This document shows positions 28,970 to 38,504 of a stretch of 64,000 bases of DNA, in pieces (position 1 is the stretch's first letter; the number at the start of each line of letters is the position of its first letter). The position numbers and the translations under genes are program-made. The notes under the pieces were generated by a model. It saw only the letters and a list, made by a program, of their open reading frames with translations, had not been told where the DNA came from and did no database searches. The DNA comes from a virus (Duplodnaviria > Caudoviricetes): IMG/VR virus record IMGVR_UViG_3300027914_001343, positions 32,001 through 96,000 of that record; one strand, given 5' to 3'.

Positions 28970-31135
28970 TTAAGCCTGTTGACTCTTCCAATCCTTTGGC
29001 TTCTTGATGGGGTGCCCAGGATGGTAGACAAAGCGCCAGCCGCCGCATTCGGCCAGATGCTTGATCAAGAGTAACGGCTTCGAACCGCCAAGCGGATTAC
29101 GGTCCCGAGGAATTACCTTTTCAATGGCAGTGGGTTTCGCCGCATTAAGGATATTTTCCAGAATAGTCTTGTGAGACTCGGGATTGTTATTACGGTCCAT
29201 GATGTCCGCAGTCATTTCAGGACCCACGTAAGAAACGTAGATTCGAATTTCAGCTTCACCAAGTGCACGGATCGCTTGTTGACGCGTAGGTTCGGAATAC
29301 TTATCAGCATTCGTTACCTGTGACAGAACACCAAATGCTTGGAGTTTACCAGACGAAACAGCTGTCCAGTCATCACCAATCTTTTCAAGCAGCATGATGT
29401 ACATAGATCCAATACGTACGTCATCGATGGTTTTGGAAACCTTGCCGCTTGTACCACGATACGTCACGGGTCCGTAAGTGGTCGGATAGTTAGCATCGAG
29501 TTGTTCGACGATGTCCAACATCTCTGGCTCATTATCGGTCGGGAAGTAAATGTAGATTCCGTCATGGATAATTTTGGCCAAATGCTGGGCACGGGGCAGC
29601 GCATACGCGCCTGTGATAAACCAACCATACATTCTCGGACTAACGATCTTATAAAAGCCGAGAAGGTGTTCCCATACTTCGTCAATGAGTTCTGGTCTGG
29701 ATGTTTCAATATCCTTGATGGTTTCGAAAAGATCCTTAACACGCATTGTCGGATCAAGCCCAAGCTTTTCTGTGATTCGCTTGGCACAATCGCGTGCAGT
29801 TGCATTGAAGAACGTTTCGTACATACGACCAATGTTCATACGGCTGATCGTAGAACAACCATCCATAATGAAATCAGCACGGTTACCATCGGCGTCAACA
29901 GGCATGTCCTCCGGCTTAGCGATATGACAAATAACGCCCTTATCGCCGTGACACCCAGTAACCTTGAACCCAATCGTCGGTGTGATCGTGTATTCGACAA
30001 CGAATTCCACGCGCCATTCATCCAACGGAGCTTGACGATAGACTTTGCGGACTTGCTCTTCATTAGTGGTAGGACCGCCAATAACAGAATAAGCTTCAAT
30101 GATCAGTCGATGGAATTCCAAACTGATACGAAGTCCTTTACCTTGCTCACGCCGAAGCCGACGATACTCTTCAATGATGCTCTGATAGAAGTACCGACGA
30201 GCGCGTTCGTACTTCATCGGCTGTCTGTCCATTGAAAGCGGAACAACACCGCCGATAGCTGAGAACGGCACAACCTGTCCATCATGGAAAATCTTGATGT
30301 CAACCACACGACCGCCTGGTCCAGCTACGTAAGTTCCTTTATCGAAAATGTTGTCAATGCGACGAAGGTCATGAATGCTTTGTTCAATGGGTGCTAACCT
30401 GGTATTGTAATCCCGGAGCATCATTAAAAGACCGTCGTCACGCAGTTTCTCACCAATGTCAGGGAAAGGTTTGAAGTTATTCTCGTCACCGTAAAGGTTC
30501 AGTGGAAAACGCTTACTTCCCCATTCAACCACCCGGTGTTCGTAAGTCTTGAATGAGAAGTGCGGAAGAACATCCTCACATACGACAACGCCGTCTTCAG
30601 AAACAGCAGGATGTGACATAAACGCGACATTGCATTCCCGGCCGAATTTATATCCGCCATCCGGCGTAACTGACGGAGAGTTGAGGAAGATTTCGCCTTC
30701 TTCAATTTCCATGCCTGGGCGCAGCTTGCTCATTGCTGGACCTGGAACATATTCGAAACCAAAATACTGGTGCTGGGAACAATAACGCGGAAGGTTGATA
30801 ATGCCTACTTCACGATTATCGAGTCGTTCGAAGAGAACCACGGATTGTGGATTAAACCGGATAGTTTCGGCACCGAGAGTTTCAGGATAGCGCTGAAGCA
30901 CACGAAGAACGCGTCCATTAGCAGGCATCTTGACACTGAAAGTGTACTTGCCATATTCCATTTCCATGCCAGTTTGAATTCTTCGCTCAGTAGAACCAGA
31001 AATCACAAGTGCCTGACCTACATGAGAACCGAACATTTGTTTCCGACTAGCGCTATCTTCGCCGTCAGAAAAGTTCAGACCACTAACGCCGAGCAGCTCC
31101 CGCCGAAGCTGATTTGGTTGAAACTTATGTGGCAT
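28970..31135 (-). CDS. non-virion RNA polymerase beta C-terminal subunit (phiKZ gp71-73-like, uninterrupted)
   Basis: SASRKQM, SEDG, GFKVTGCHGDKGVI, SRMNIG and ALGEAE RpoB motifs. Confidence 0.9.
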   Translation of the reverse strand: MPHKFQPNQLRRELLGVSGLNFSDGEDSASRKQMFGSHVGQALVISGSTERRIQTGMEMEYGKYTFSVKMPANGRVLRVLQRYPETLGAETIRFNPQSVVLFERLDNREVGIINLPRYCSQHQYFGFEYVPGPAMSKLRPGMEIEEGEIFLNSPSVTPDGGYKFGRECNVAFMSHPAVSEDGVVVCEDVLPHFSFKTYEHRVVEWGSKRFPLNLYGDENNFKPFPDIGEKLRDDGLLMMLRDYNTRLAPIEQSIHDLRRIDNIFDKGTYVAGPGGRVVDIKIFHDGQVVPFSAIGGVVPLSMDRQPMKYERARRYFYQSIIEEYRRLRREQGKGLRISLEFHRLIIEAYSVIGGPTTNEEQVRKVYRQAPLDEWRVEFVVEYTITPTIGFKVTGCHGDKGVICHIAKPEDMPVDADGNRADFIMDGCSTISRMNIGRMYETFFNATARDCAKRITEKLGLDPTMRVKDLFETIKDIETSRPELIDEVWEHLLGFYKIVSPRMYGWFITGAYALPRAQHLAKIIHDGIYIYFPTDNEPEMLDIVEQLDANYPTTYGPVTYRGTSGKVSKTIDDVRIGSMYIMLLEKIGDDWTAVSSGKLQAFGVLSQVTNADKYSEPTRQQAIRALGEAEIRIYVSYVGPEMTADIMDRNNNPESHKTILENILNAAKPTAIEKVIPRDRNPLGGSKPLLLIKHLAECGGWRFVYHPGHPIKKPKDWKSQQA

Positions 31136-31142
31136 TGTTTTT

Positions 31143-31208
31143 AAACTCCTTGTTTAAAGTTTATTACTGATACTACACACTTTGATAATATGTGTTTGAA
31201 CTATTTTT
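31143..31208 (-). promoter_or_regulatory. early promoter plus 5' leader shared with the gp68-like gene
   Basis: Minus strand AAAAATAGTTCAAACACATATTATCAAAGT. The 26 nt at 31143-31168 are identical to 36740-36765. Confidence 0.65.
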
Positions 31209-31231
31209 GAGTATTCGAGGGGGAATTAAAA

Positions 31232-31573
31232 ATGGAAATTGATAATTACCAGACCGGACTTTCTAACCTTCGGTACTATACTGATTCTTTTCGGCAGGTA
31301 ATTGAGGATCACTTGGCAGTCATTCTCTATGCTGGTAACACCACGGTGGCTAATGTAGATCCGTCAGAAGCGTACCATTATGAGAATGACTTTTATGGAT
31401 TGCTTTTCCATAAGAACATCCCTAGCCACCTACATTGGGTTGTGCTTCGGATGAATGGATTGCATTGTCCTACTGAGGCTACTCGAGAACTTAAGCAGAT
31501 TTATATTCCTGACCCAGCAGTTATTGAGAGGCTTGATAGCACTAACTCTGCCACGTCGTCTATGTCGCTCTGA
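31232..31573 (+). CDS. conserved small protein, possibly a LysM-like baseplate wedge (T4 gp53/P2 X-like)
   Basis: 'LHWVVLRMNGL..P......IYIPD' pattern. GAGGGG SD. Confidence 0.5.
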   Translation: MEIDNYQTGLSNLRYYTDSFRQVIEDHLAVILYAGNTTVANVDPSEAYHYENDFYGLLFHKNIPSHLHWVVLRMNGLHCPTEATRELKQIYIPDPAVIERLDSTNSATSSMSL

Positions 31574-31622
31574 CGTGTATCATTCAATGGGTAGTTTGTG
31601 TAATTTTTTAGGGGGTTCTATC

Positions 31623-32369
31623 GTGCGACAATTTATGTTTAAAAATCCTGGTCATGTGAAACGCCGAGAGTCGTTGCCGGTCGGACAAGGTCTTTTTGAT
31701 CTTTATGCCAGTAATGGCAAGTTTGTTTTTTTAGCTGGTTCGGAAGCGATTTCTCCAGTGGTTACTTATTCCGGTTCTAGCGTTTTTACCAACAACATTA
31801 GTGGGATTCCGTCCAATTTTTTTGGTAAGGACCCTGACGGCAGGTCCTATCTTGATCTTCCCAGTTCCAGATTTTTACGTATTGATTTACGGTCGCTACC
31901 AATTCCGTCTTATGGGAATGTAAGTATCGTAATTGAGTATGCACCTAAGATTGGTTCTGCCGGTGGTTACTTGATGTTGCACGGTAGCGGAAATCCATCA
32001 AATATTAGTACTAATGGCATTTTACAATTACACTTAACATTTAATGGTGCCCAAACGACTGGTTATATAGGCGATTATGGCAAGGTCAACGCAATAACTG
32101 CTTCGACTACAATTAATCCCGGACAAAGGCATTGTATTACTATGTCCAGAGGGGCCGATAGTTACAGGTATTTTTCTATATCTAAAGACAAGGTTTCTTG
32201 GTCCCGCTTTGGTGGTAGTCCGGTTAGCCCATCTGCTACTATACTATCTAGTGGCGGGTTTCTGTTTATTGGTAGCCTCTCGGCGGGTGCCGCCGGTAAG
32301 CTTTATTCTATCCGGATTTTTGGTGGCGACCTTGGTGGCGACACAACCACATTGAACATGTTTAGGTAA
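31623..32369 (+). CDS. LamG/concanavalin-A-like beta-sandwich protein
   Basis: GTG 31623 after AGGGGG (or ATG 31635). C-terminal 'RHCITMSR...LFIG...GKLYSIRIF..DL' resembles LamG_3. Confidence 0.5.
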   Translation: MRQFMFKNPGHVKRRESLPVGQGLFDLYASNGKFVFLAGSEAISPVVTYSGSSVFTNNISGIPSNFFGKDPDGRSYLDLPSSRFLRIDLRSLPIPSYGNVSIVIEYAPKIGSAGGYLMLHGSGNPSNISTNGILQLHLTFNGAQTTGYIGDYGKVNAITASTTINPGQRHCITMSRGADSYRYFSISKDKVSWSRFGGSPVSPSATILSSGGFLFIGSLSAGAAGKLYSIRIFGGDLGGDTTTLNMFR

Positions 32370-32400
32370 AAAAAAAAACACACATTACTATTAGCCTATT

Positions 32401-32436
32401 CCCAGGGGGAGCCGAGGCTCCCCCTGGGTTTATGCC
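32401..32436. terminator. bidirectional hairpin terminator
   Basis: cccagggggagc-cgag-gctccccctggg followed by TTTATGC. Confidence 0.8.
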
Positions 32437-32439
32437 GTC

Positions 32440-33735
32440 TTACATGTTGTAACCGCCACTACCGCCACCACCGCGACCGAAGTTACCACCACCGCGACCG
32501 AAGTTACCACCACCACCTCCATTACGGATCTGGCGACGTACTTCTGTAGCGGCCATATAGGACTGCGGTTCACGACGACCGAAGTTACGGTTGTCAACTG
32601 GCAGACCACCAAAACTGCGCTCGTTGGCCCAAGCGCGGTTATTGCTCAAACGCTCCCGTATTTCAGGCTGACGAAGGAAGTCACTGTAGTTCTTCCGACC
32701 ATTGGAAGCAACAGTAGCTGCAACAGCACTTGTTGTTTCTGCTGCCTGGGCTGGCGCAGGATCACCAAGCGTGCGAAGCGGCGGAGCGACACGTTCAACT
32801 GCACGGCCGACAGCTGCGTTTTCTTGCACTCGTTGTTCTGCTTCTTCCACCTTCGAACGGCTTGCTTCGTTACCACTCAACATCGGCATGCTGCGCAGCT
32901 CTTTATCGAGCTCGCCGATATTTTCCAGGGTTTCGATCCAATCCATGTTAACTGCATATTCCTTGGTAAAGACACCATTGAACAGAGTAACAAGGTTTGC
33001 CAGCGGGCTGAGCACGTTGGCAAATGTCCAGAGCAGACATTCGGTACGCGGTGCTTTCCGGCTCATGGTCGGATAGGAATAACGATTCTGTTCGCCAATA
33101 CCAGGAATCATGTATTCCATCAGAGACATGATGGCAGTACGATCTTTCACACGAAGCTTAACGCCCCAGATTTCCTTGTCGGATTCTTTGAGTTCTTCAT
33201 ACAACGGGAAGGACACAATACCGACGCAGTCGTAGGTCTTGCCTTCGAGCACACCACCCTTGCGGATAAACATGTCGACGAAGCTCTTCGAGATGCGATT
33301 GGTTGGGGTCTTCTTGATGATGTTCTGCAAAGCCACCACAGTCTTTTCATCAATGTCCTTCACCACAGTCAAGAATTCAGACTGTGATGGATTCAGCTGG
33401 CTATGCTGAGCCGGAGAAGAACCAATAACCAGAAGCTCTTGCAGGATGTCTGCGAACAAGATGTTCAGATGCGAGGTCACACACAGACGGAAACGAGCAA
33501 GTACTTCCGATTCACCACCAACCAAAGATTCCTTGAGCGGATGGAAAGCCACACGCTGAGACCAGTCAGCAATACGCAATTGGTTCTCGTACGGCAAAAC
33601 CACGCGCTTGCTTTTGATCGTAAGCGGAATTTTCTCATCACCAGTGTCGATATCCAGACACTTGTCTTCGGTGATGCTTACTCCGGCAGCTTTCAGAACT
33701 GCTTCGTAAAAACTCAAAACATCCATAATTGCCAT
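32440..33735 (-). CDS. phiKZ gp70-like nucleus-cluster protein with RGG/FG-rich C-terminal tail
   Basis: 431 aa, directly downstream of the PicA-like gene. Tail GGNFGRGGGNFGRGGGG. Confidence 0.65.
   Translation of the reverse strand: MAIMDVLSFYEAVLKAAGVSITEDKCLDIDTGDEKIPLTIKSKRVVLPYENQLRIADWSQRVAFHPLKESLVGGESEVLARFRLCVTSHLNILFADILQELLVIGSSPAQHSQLNPSQSEFLTVVKDIDEKTVVALQNIIKKTPTNRISKSFVDMFIRKGGVLEGKTYDCVGIVSFPLYEELKESDKEIWGVKLRVKDRTAIMSLMEYMIPGIGEQNRYSYPTMSRKAPRTECLLWTFANVLSPLANLVTLFNGVFTKEYAVNMDWIETLENIGELDKELRSMPMLSGNEASRSKVEEAEQRVQENAAVGRAVERVAPPLRTLGDPAPAQAAETTSAVAATVASNGRKNYSDFLRQPEIRERLSNNRAWANERSFGGLPVDNRNFGRREPQSYMAATEVRRQIRNGGGGGNFGRGGGNFGRGGGGSGGYNM
32465..32514. repeat. 21-bp tandem repeat (2 copies plus a partial) encoding NFGRGGG
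   Basis: ccaccaccgcgaccgaagtta at 32465-32485 and 32486-32506. Confidence 0.9.
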
Positions 33736-33750
33736 TGTTTAAATCCTTGT

Positions 33751-35184
33751 TTAGAATTGATACTTCAATTCACCAGTTTCAGCGAACTGAGAGTTCGTGG
33801 TAAGAAGTTCATCAATAACGGCACCAAAAGAATCCGCCAGCTGCAGCGACAGGGAATCGTGTTCAGTAATAACCGGAGCGAACAACGCATCGCAAAACGT
33901 TGGCAACACGTAAGGCACTTGTTCGCTTCCTTCAATAGAAACCATGATTCTGGTATCGCCAAGCACATCAACAGACAAAGTCACAAAGTAATCAACTTCG
34001 TCGTTGTAGAACAAGTCACGCAAAACTTCCGTAGCAAAACGAATACGGAAAGTCTCAAGGTTCTCGGTCATGTCAATGTTACTGAAGGATTTGAAATCAC
34101 CAAGACGAACCTGACTCATACCCGTGCTATTGAGATTGGAAGCATCGAAATTCAGCTTTGTAATCCCAACATCCATCATGATTGCAGCCGCTGTCTGCGC
34201 CAGCACAGTTGCTACTTGAGTGTGGCGATCAGCAACGTGCCAGTACTCAGTAGTCCCGCTTTCATGGAAATTACTTGCGGCCCGTGTTGCGCCGCTCATA
34301 ATACCTGAGCTATAAACACCTGGGCTCATCGCGTGCGGATCAAGCTGGAGCAGCTCATGGATAGTAAAGTAATTCGTCGGAGTCGGGTCACCCCGCAAGT
34401 TCATCAAAGCAGACATGAACGGATCTTGGCTGACGAGAGGATCTCGCATCATTTTCCTGGCTTCGGAAAGAACGTCATTACGCCCTTGGCCAAAATCTTG
34501 GGTAGCTTGAGCGGAACGATAACCTTCAAACACTTGCGCAGCATAACCACTAGCCACACTGTTTTGACGGCGGGACTTCATCGGAGTATTCCGAATAACG
34601 TTCCGCATATCCAACATACCGCCAGGAAGTTCGCCGAGTTCTTGTCGCGTCATCACGCTGTAAATATCTTGCGGTCGAATAGCGAACTCATTGGAACCGG
34701 AATTGATGCCACTCCAGTTGTTGTTAGCCAGGACATGGCTGTTGTCTCGCACAGTCAAATAACGCTGGCGACCAAGCGGAGTTTCGGCAATAGTCTCACG
34801 CGACTGGATGGTGGAGTTGATGTAAAATTCCATCCGTGGGTCGAGTGTACCATTCATGCTGACGCCGAAGTGATCACTATAACCAAGGATCGTCTGAACA
34901 CGCGTGCTGAAATCAGAGACATCCTGAAGCTCGAGCATGAAGCGCAAACGACGTTCGCCCCAACCGCCGATGATACCGATTTCAGATTCCGGTTGTGCAC
35001 TCGGGCAAACAAGGCGATTAGCAACTCCAGCCAATGTATTGGCAGTAATCTGACCAGTACGATCAATAACTTCTGCCAGCGCATTCATCCCGTCATGATC
35101 GAGAATCGATTGGTAGGGGCGACGATACTGCTTGTTATACGTGCCAGTTTCGATCACGACGAATTTAGTTACGCGAATTGTCAT
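33751..35184 (-). CDS. picA: phage-nucleus protein import factor PicA/Imp1 (phiKZ gp69-like)
   Basis: Lies between the gp68-like and gp70-like genes. N-terminal 'ETGTYNKQYRRPY' and 'GWGERRLRFML'. ATG 35184 with GGAGG SD. Confidence 0.7.
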   Translation of the reverse strand: MTIRVTKFVVIETGTYNKQYRRPYQSILDHDGMNALAEVIDRTGQITANTLAGVANRLVCPSAQPESEIGIIGGWGERRLRFMLELQDVSDFSTRVQTILGYSDHFGVSMNGTLDPRMEFYINSTIQSRETIAETPLGRQRYLTVRDNSHVLANNNWSGINSGSNEFAIRPQDIYSVMTRQELGELPGGMLDMRNVIRNTPMKSRRQNSVASGYAAQVFEGYRSAQATQDFGQGRNDVLSEARKMMRDPLVSQDPFMSALMNLRGDPTPTNYFTIHELLQLDPHAMSPGVYSSGIMSGATRAASNFHESGTTEYWHVADRHTQVATVLAQTAAAIMMDVGITKLNFDASNLNSTGMSQVRLGDFKSFSNIDMTENLETFRIRFATEVLRDLFYNDEVDYFVTLSVDVLGDTRIMVSIEGSEQVPYVLPTFCDALFAPVITEHDSLSLQLADSFGAVIDELLTTNSQFAETGELKYQF

Positions 35185-36736
35185 TGCTATATTTCCTCCG
35201 TTCTGCAATTTCAATTACCAGCTCAGCCAGCTTGATTTTAATGTCCTGCGGTACAGCAAAACGCATGCTCTGGACACCTGCTTCATTGGGATTCACTTCA
35301 TTAATCCACGCACGAGGAAGTGTAAGACGCCAGTCATGATGACTCACCAGCGTCTCCATTTCTTCGATAGCTTGCACAGCGTGGTTCTTTTGTTTAAGCC
35401 TTTCGGCCTTTCTTGACTTCCGAATGAATGGATAAAGAAGATCGAGCTTCTCTACCATTTCACGAGGAATTCGTGCGCGTGTTTCCACACCAAACATTGC
35501 TAGCTCTTCACTGCTTTGTATTGTTTTAGCGGTTGCCACAGCAGCTAGTTCGGGGAAACCCCAATGCCACAGAACAGCCTGCGTAATACCAAGCATAGTC
35601 AAGACACAGCTCTTGCTGATGTAGTAGATGCCGCGCGGCGGAATTACATCTGCGGTAACCCACTGTGCAAGCGTTAGCTGAACATCCTGAATTTCTTCAG
35701 TAGCTAGAGCTTGAACAGATGCAAGGCTTTCACGAACCAAGCTTTCAGGAATGTCAGGCGCAATCCGCTTTGCGGCTTCCATACTGTAGTTCTTGACGTA
35801 GTGTTCGATTACCGAGATATCACCTTCCGGGATTTCTTGGCGGGCTTTATAACCTTCCAACTTCGAAAGATTGTTTTCACCCTCGCCACCATCCGGAACA
35901 ATCTTGGGACTCACTGTCCCCATGAATTGCCCGTCGGTTCCTTTGATTTTCTGGACTACGTACCGGTACGCCGATGTAACCAAATGAGGTTCGTTCGGAT
36001 TACCACTTACGTCACCTGGGCCAATACGTCGAACAATCACCAGCGCCAGCACCCATGTAGGATAGTTCTCGGAAGAAATCCCACCGAGGATAGCGGACGT
36101 GTTGGCTTTCTCGCGCCCAAGAAGGCCCTCGATATAAATACGAAGACGCTCGAGTGGCTGACTGTAATCGCCTGTTTGGAAACCTTCGTAAAGATTTGTC
36201 TGAACAAGCAGTTGGAAAGCGTAATATTCTTTCCAGACCGTACCTGTTTCTCGATGGGTCTGCGCGATAAACTCACCCCAGACTGGGAGTACCGGACGCA
36301 GCAAAACAGCCAGTGTCACCAGACGTCGATAATCTTCTCGCACGTAAGTACGATCGCGTGTCCCTACCAAAACTTCTTCTGAGCTAAACTCATTAATGAA
36401 ACCTTCCGGAATAAGAACATTGCAACGCAAGAAGACATGATCGAAGACATCTTCGAAAGGATGCAGTTCATAAAGCCGCTTGAGGATTGGCCTGATAGTC
36501 TGCATGAGCACAACTTGATCAGATACTGCGCTTTCAAACACTTCCTTGATTTCGCAATAGATGTCAAAAATTTCTTTCTGTTTTGTTTCGGGGAGACTGG
36601 CCCAAAAGCTATTGATCTCATTAAACATGTTTGCCTCGGCGGTTCTTGCTTTTTCGAGGAAACGCATGGACCAGGTAATTTCAGCTTTCCCGTGCCGAAC
36701 TACACAAGTACCACTATCCTTGTTTTCTAAGAGCAT
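35165..36736 (-). CDS. non-virion RNAP promoter-specificity (sigma-like) subunit (phiKZ gp68-like)
   Basis: 523 aa, synteny, and a leader and early promoter shared with the nvRNAP beta gene. Confidence 0.7.
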   Translation of the reverse strand: MLLENKDSGTCVVRHGKAEITWSMRFLEKARTAEANMFNEINSFWASLPETKQKEIFDIYCEIKEVFESAVSDQVVLMQTIRPILKRLYELHPFEDVFDHVFLRCNVLIPEGFINEFSSEEVLVGTRDRTYVREDYRRLVTLAVLLRPVLPVWGEFIAQTHRETGTVWKEYYAFQLLVQTNLYEGFQTGDYSQPLERLRIYIEGLLGREKANTSAILGGISSENYPTWVLALVIVRRIGPGDVSGNPNEPHLVTSAYRYVVQKIKGTDGQFMGTVSPKIVPDGGEGENNLSKLEGYKARQEIPEGDISVIEHYVKNYSMEAAKRIAPDIPESLVRESLASVQALATEEIQDVQLTLAQWVTADVIPPRGIYYISKSCVLTMLGITQAVLWHWGFPELAAVATAKTIQSSEELAMFGVETRARIPREMVEKLDLLYPFIRKSRKAERLKQKNHAVQAIEEMETLVSHHDWRLTLPRAWINEVNPNEAGVQSMRFAVPQDIKIKLAELVIEIAERRKYSNDNSRN

Positions 36737-36739
36737 GCA

Positions 36740-36801
36740 AAACTCCTTGTTTAAAGTTTATTACTACTACTAGACACATTTGTAATATGTAACTATTTTT
36801 A
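36740..36801 (-). promoter_or_regulatory. early promoter plus shared 5' leader
   Basis: Minus strand AAAAATAGTTACATATTACAAATGT. Leader identical to 31143-31168. Confidence 0.65.
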
Positions 36802-36822
36802 TCTTGAATAGCTTAGGGCAAA

Positions 36823-36853
36823 AAGTCTAGGGTACAAGGAAGTACCCTAGACT
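36823..36853 (-). terminator. hairpin terminator after the chmC-like gene
   Basis: agtctagggtac-aaggaa-gtaccctagact with a short U-tract on the minus strand. Confidence 0.75.
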
Positions 36854-36866
36854 AGTTAGTTAGAAA

Positions 36867-37601
36867 TTAATACGGAAGATCCTCTTCAAAATTGTCAAAG
36901 CCGCCGCCAGCAGGTTTGGTGGATTCACCGCCGCGATTACCGCCGCCCTGATAACCACCGCCGCGGTTGCCACCATTACCACCGCCATTGCGGTTGTTGA
37001 ATTCGCGCGGTTCCGGTTCCTTGTATTCAGTAATCAGCAGATGCGGAATCATTGCCTGAATGAGCTTCACCCAAGCGCGAGCGAACATGACAGATACTTC
37101 GCCTTCAGACAACTGTTCGCCAGTGCCGTGATAGAAGACATGGAATTCGTCGGTTCCGAAACAGAACTTGATTGCGGTGCGCTTGTACTTGGTGACAGTA
37201 ATCCAGACACGACCCTTCGCGTCTTTGCCGACCAGGATTTCGGTATCGTTGACGAGACCTTCCGGCTTACCACCGCCCGGCTTGAAGTTCGGACGCTTGT
37301 TTTCGATCTTGAATTTGATTTCCGGCTTTTCTTCTGTCGGACGGAACGCACACGCCTGCTCGATCATGTTGGTAATGGCAATGGCCACACTCGCGTTGAT
37401 GCGGGCACTGATAGCACCCTGGTCGCGTTCAGCTTCAATGCCGTTGTAGACAACAATGCGCGGGTTGTTGTCGTAGATATTGATCATCAGAGAGGCATTC
37501 TTGCCTTCGCTGTTCTTGGTGTAGAGCTTGAGCTTCTGATCGTCCAGAGCATTTTTCTTGCGTTGCGGACGATTGCTGTTATTACCATTAAAGCCAGCCA
37601 T
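36867..37601 (-). CDS. chmC: nucleus-associated RNA-binding protein ChmC-like (phiKZ gp67 position)
   Basis: Immediately upstream of the gp68-like gene. Beta-rich core, N/G/RGG-rich disordered tail ending FDNFEEDLPY, highly biased codons. Confidence 0.6.
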   Translation of the reverse strand: MAGFNGNNSNRPQRKKNALDDQKLKLYTKNSEGKNASLMINIYDNNPRIVVYNGIEAERDQGAISARINASVAIAITNMIEQACAFRPTEEKPEIKFKIENKRPNFKPGGGKPEGLVNDTEILVGKDAKGRVWITVTKYKRTAIKFCFGTDEFHVFYHGTGEQLSEGEVSVMFARAWVKLIQAMIPHLLITEYKEPEPREFNNRNGGGNGGNRGGGYQGGGNRGGESTKPAGGGFDNFEEDLPY

Positions 37602-37652
37602 GATTAATTTCCTCGTGAAGTCGTACAACAAATGTACGGGATGTGTAAAAAT

Positions 37653-38504
37653 TTAAACCAGGATCTCTTTAAGAATATCTCTGGCGTAAGGGTTCTTTAT
37701 CTGCTCGATCGAGAAGACAATTTTGTCGCGAGTAGTGACTGGCGTCCACCTGTATTTGGTGGCGACGTCTATCAAGTCTTTTCTCAACTTAATATCCATC
37801 GGTCTGAAAGTCTCAGAGTCACCAAAAACCTGTAAAAAATCTTCTCTGAATGGAATCATTGAAAGTTCTTTACCGCCAGTGTACTTCGTGTACCATTGGG
37901 CGTATTTCTTTACTGCACCCGTATGGGATTCAAGCAATACCAAATCTTCAAACTCACGGCGCGAACACAGATCAAACGCGTAATGCGTGAGAATCATTGC
38001 TTTCATGTTCTTGTCGCTGTTTTCAAGTTTAAGCCTGAAAAACTTCAATTCGTAAGGTGCGCGTTCTTTGTCGTACCACTTTTGAATAAAACCGATCGTC
38101 TGAGTCTGAATAGCCGTGTATTCTTTTTGCTTAGGTGTGTTATCCATCCTAGGCACTGCTTTACGATACCTTACTTCAAGACTAGCGTAATCGCTTACGT
38201 AAAACACTACCTTGGTAAGACTTCCGCTATGCTCCTTAACAATAGCGGCAATCTGGTCCATCTCCTCGAGGATTGCTTTCGCTAATTCCTCAGCCACCAC
38301 ACTGCCTTGGTCATCCTTAGACAATGACCCCATCATGTTTCTAAACAGAGTCCTGACATTCACCCAGAACAACCGGATTTGTTTAATGGGTATTTCTTTG
38401 TGTTGTACTTCAGGATGAATACCTGTAGCAGATTCCAATGCCAAACTTGTTGCGACCGAGAGAGGGTACTGACCCATCTCTCGTTCATTGAGTGCATTGA
38501 ACAT
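37653..38504 (-). CDS. conserved protein (phiKZ gp66-like), possibly a divergent 5'-3' nuclease fold
   Basis: 283 aa, coupled to SbcD. 'FWVNVRTLFRN' motif. The fold assignment is inference. Confidence 0.5.
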   Translation of the reverse strand: MFNALNEREMGQYPLSVATSLALESATGIHPEVQHKEIPIKQIRLFWVNVRTLFRNMMGSLSKDDQGSVVAEELAKAILEEMDQIAAIVKEHSGSLTKVVFYVSDYASLEVRYRKAVPRMDNTPKQKEYTAIQTQTIGFIQKWYDKERAPYELKFFRLKLENSDKNMKAMILTHYAFDLCSRREFEDLVLLESHTGAVKKYAQWYTKYTGGKELSMIPFREDFLQVFGDSETFRPMDIKLRKDLIDVATKYRWTPVTTRDKIVFSIEQIKNPYARDILKEILV

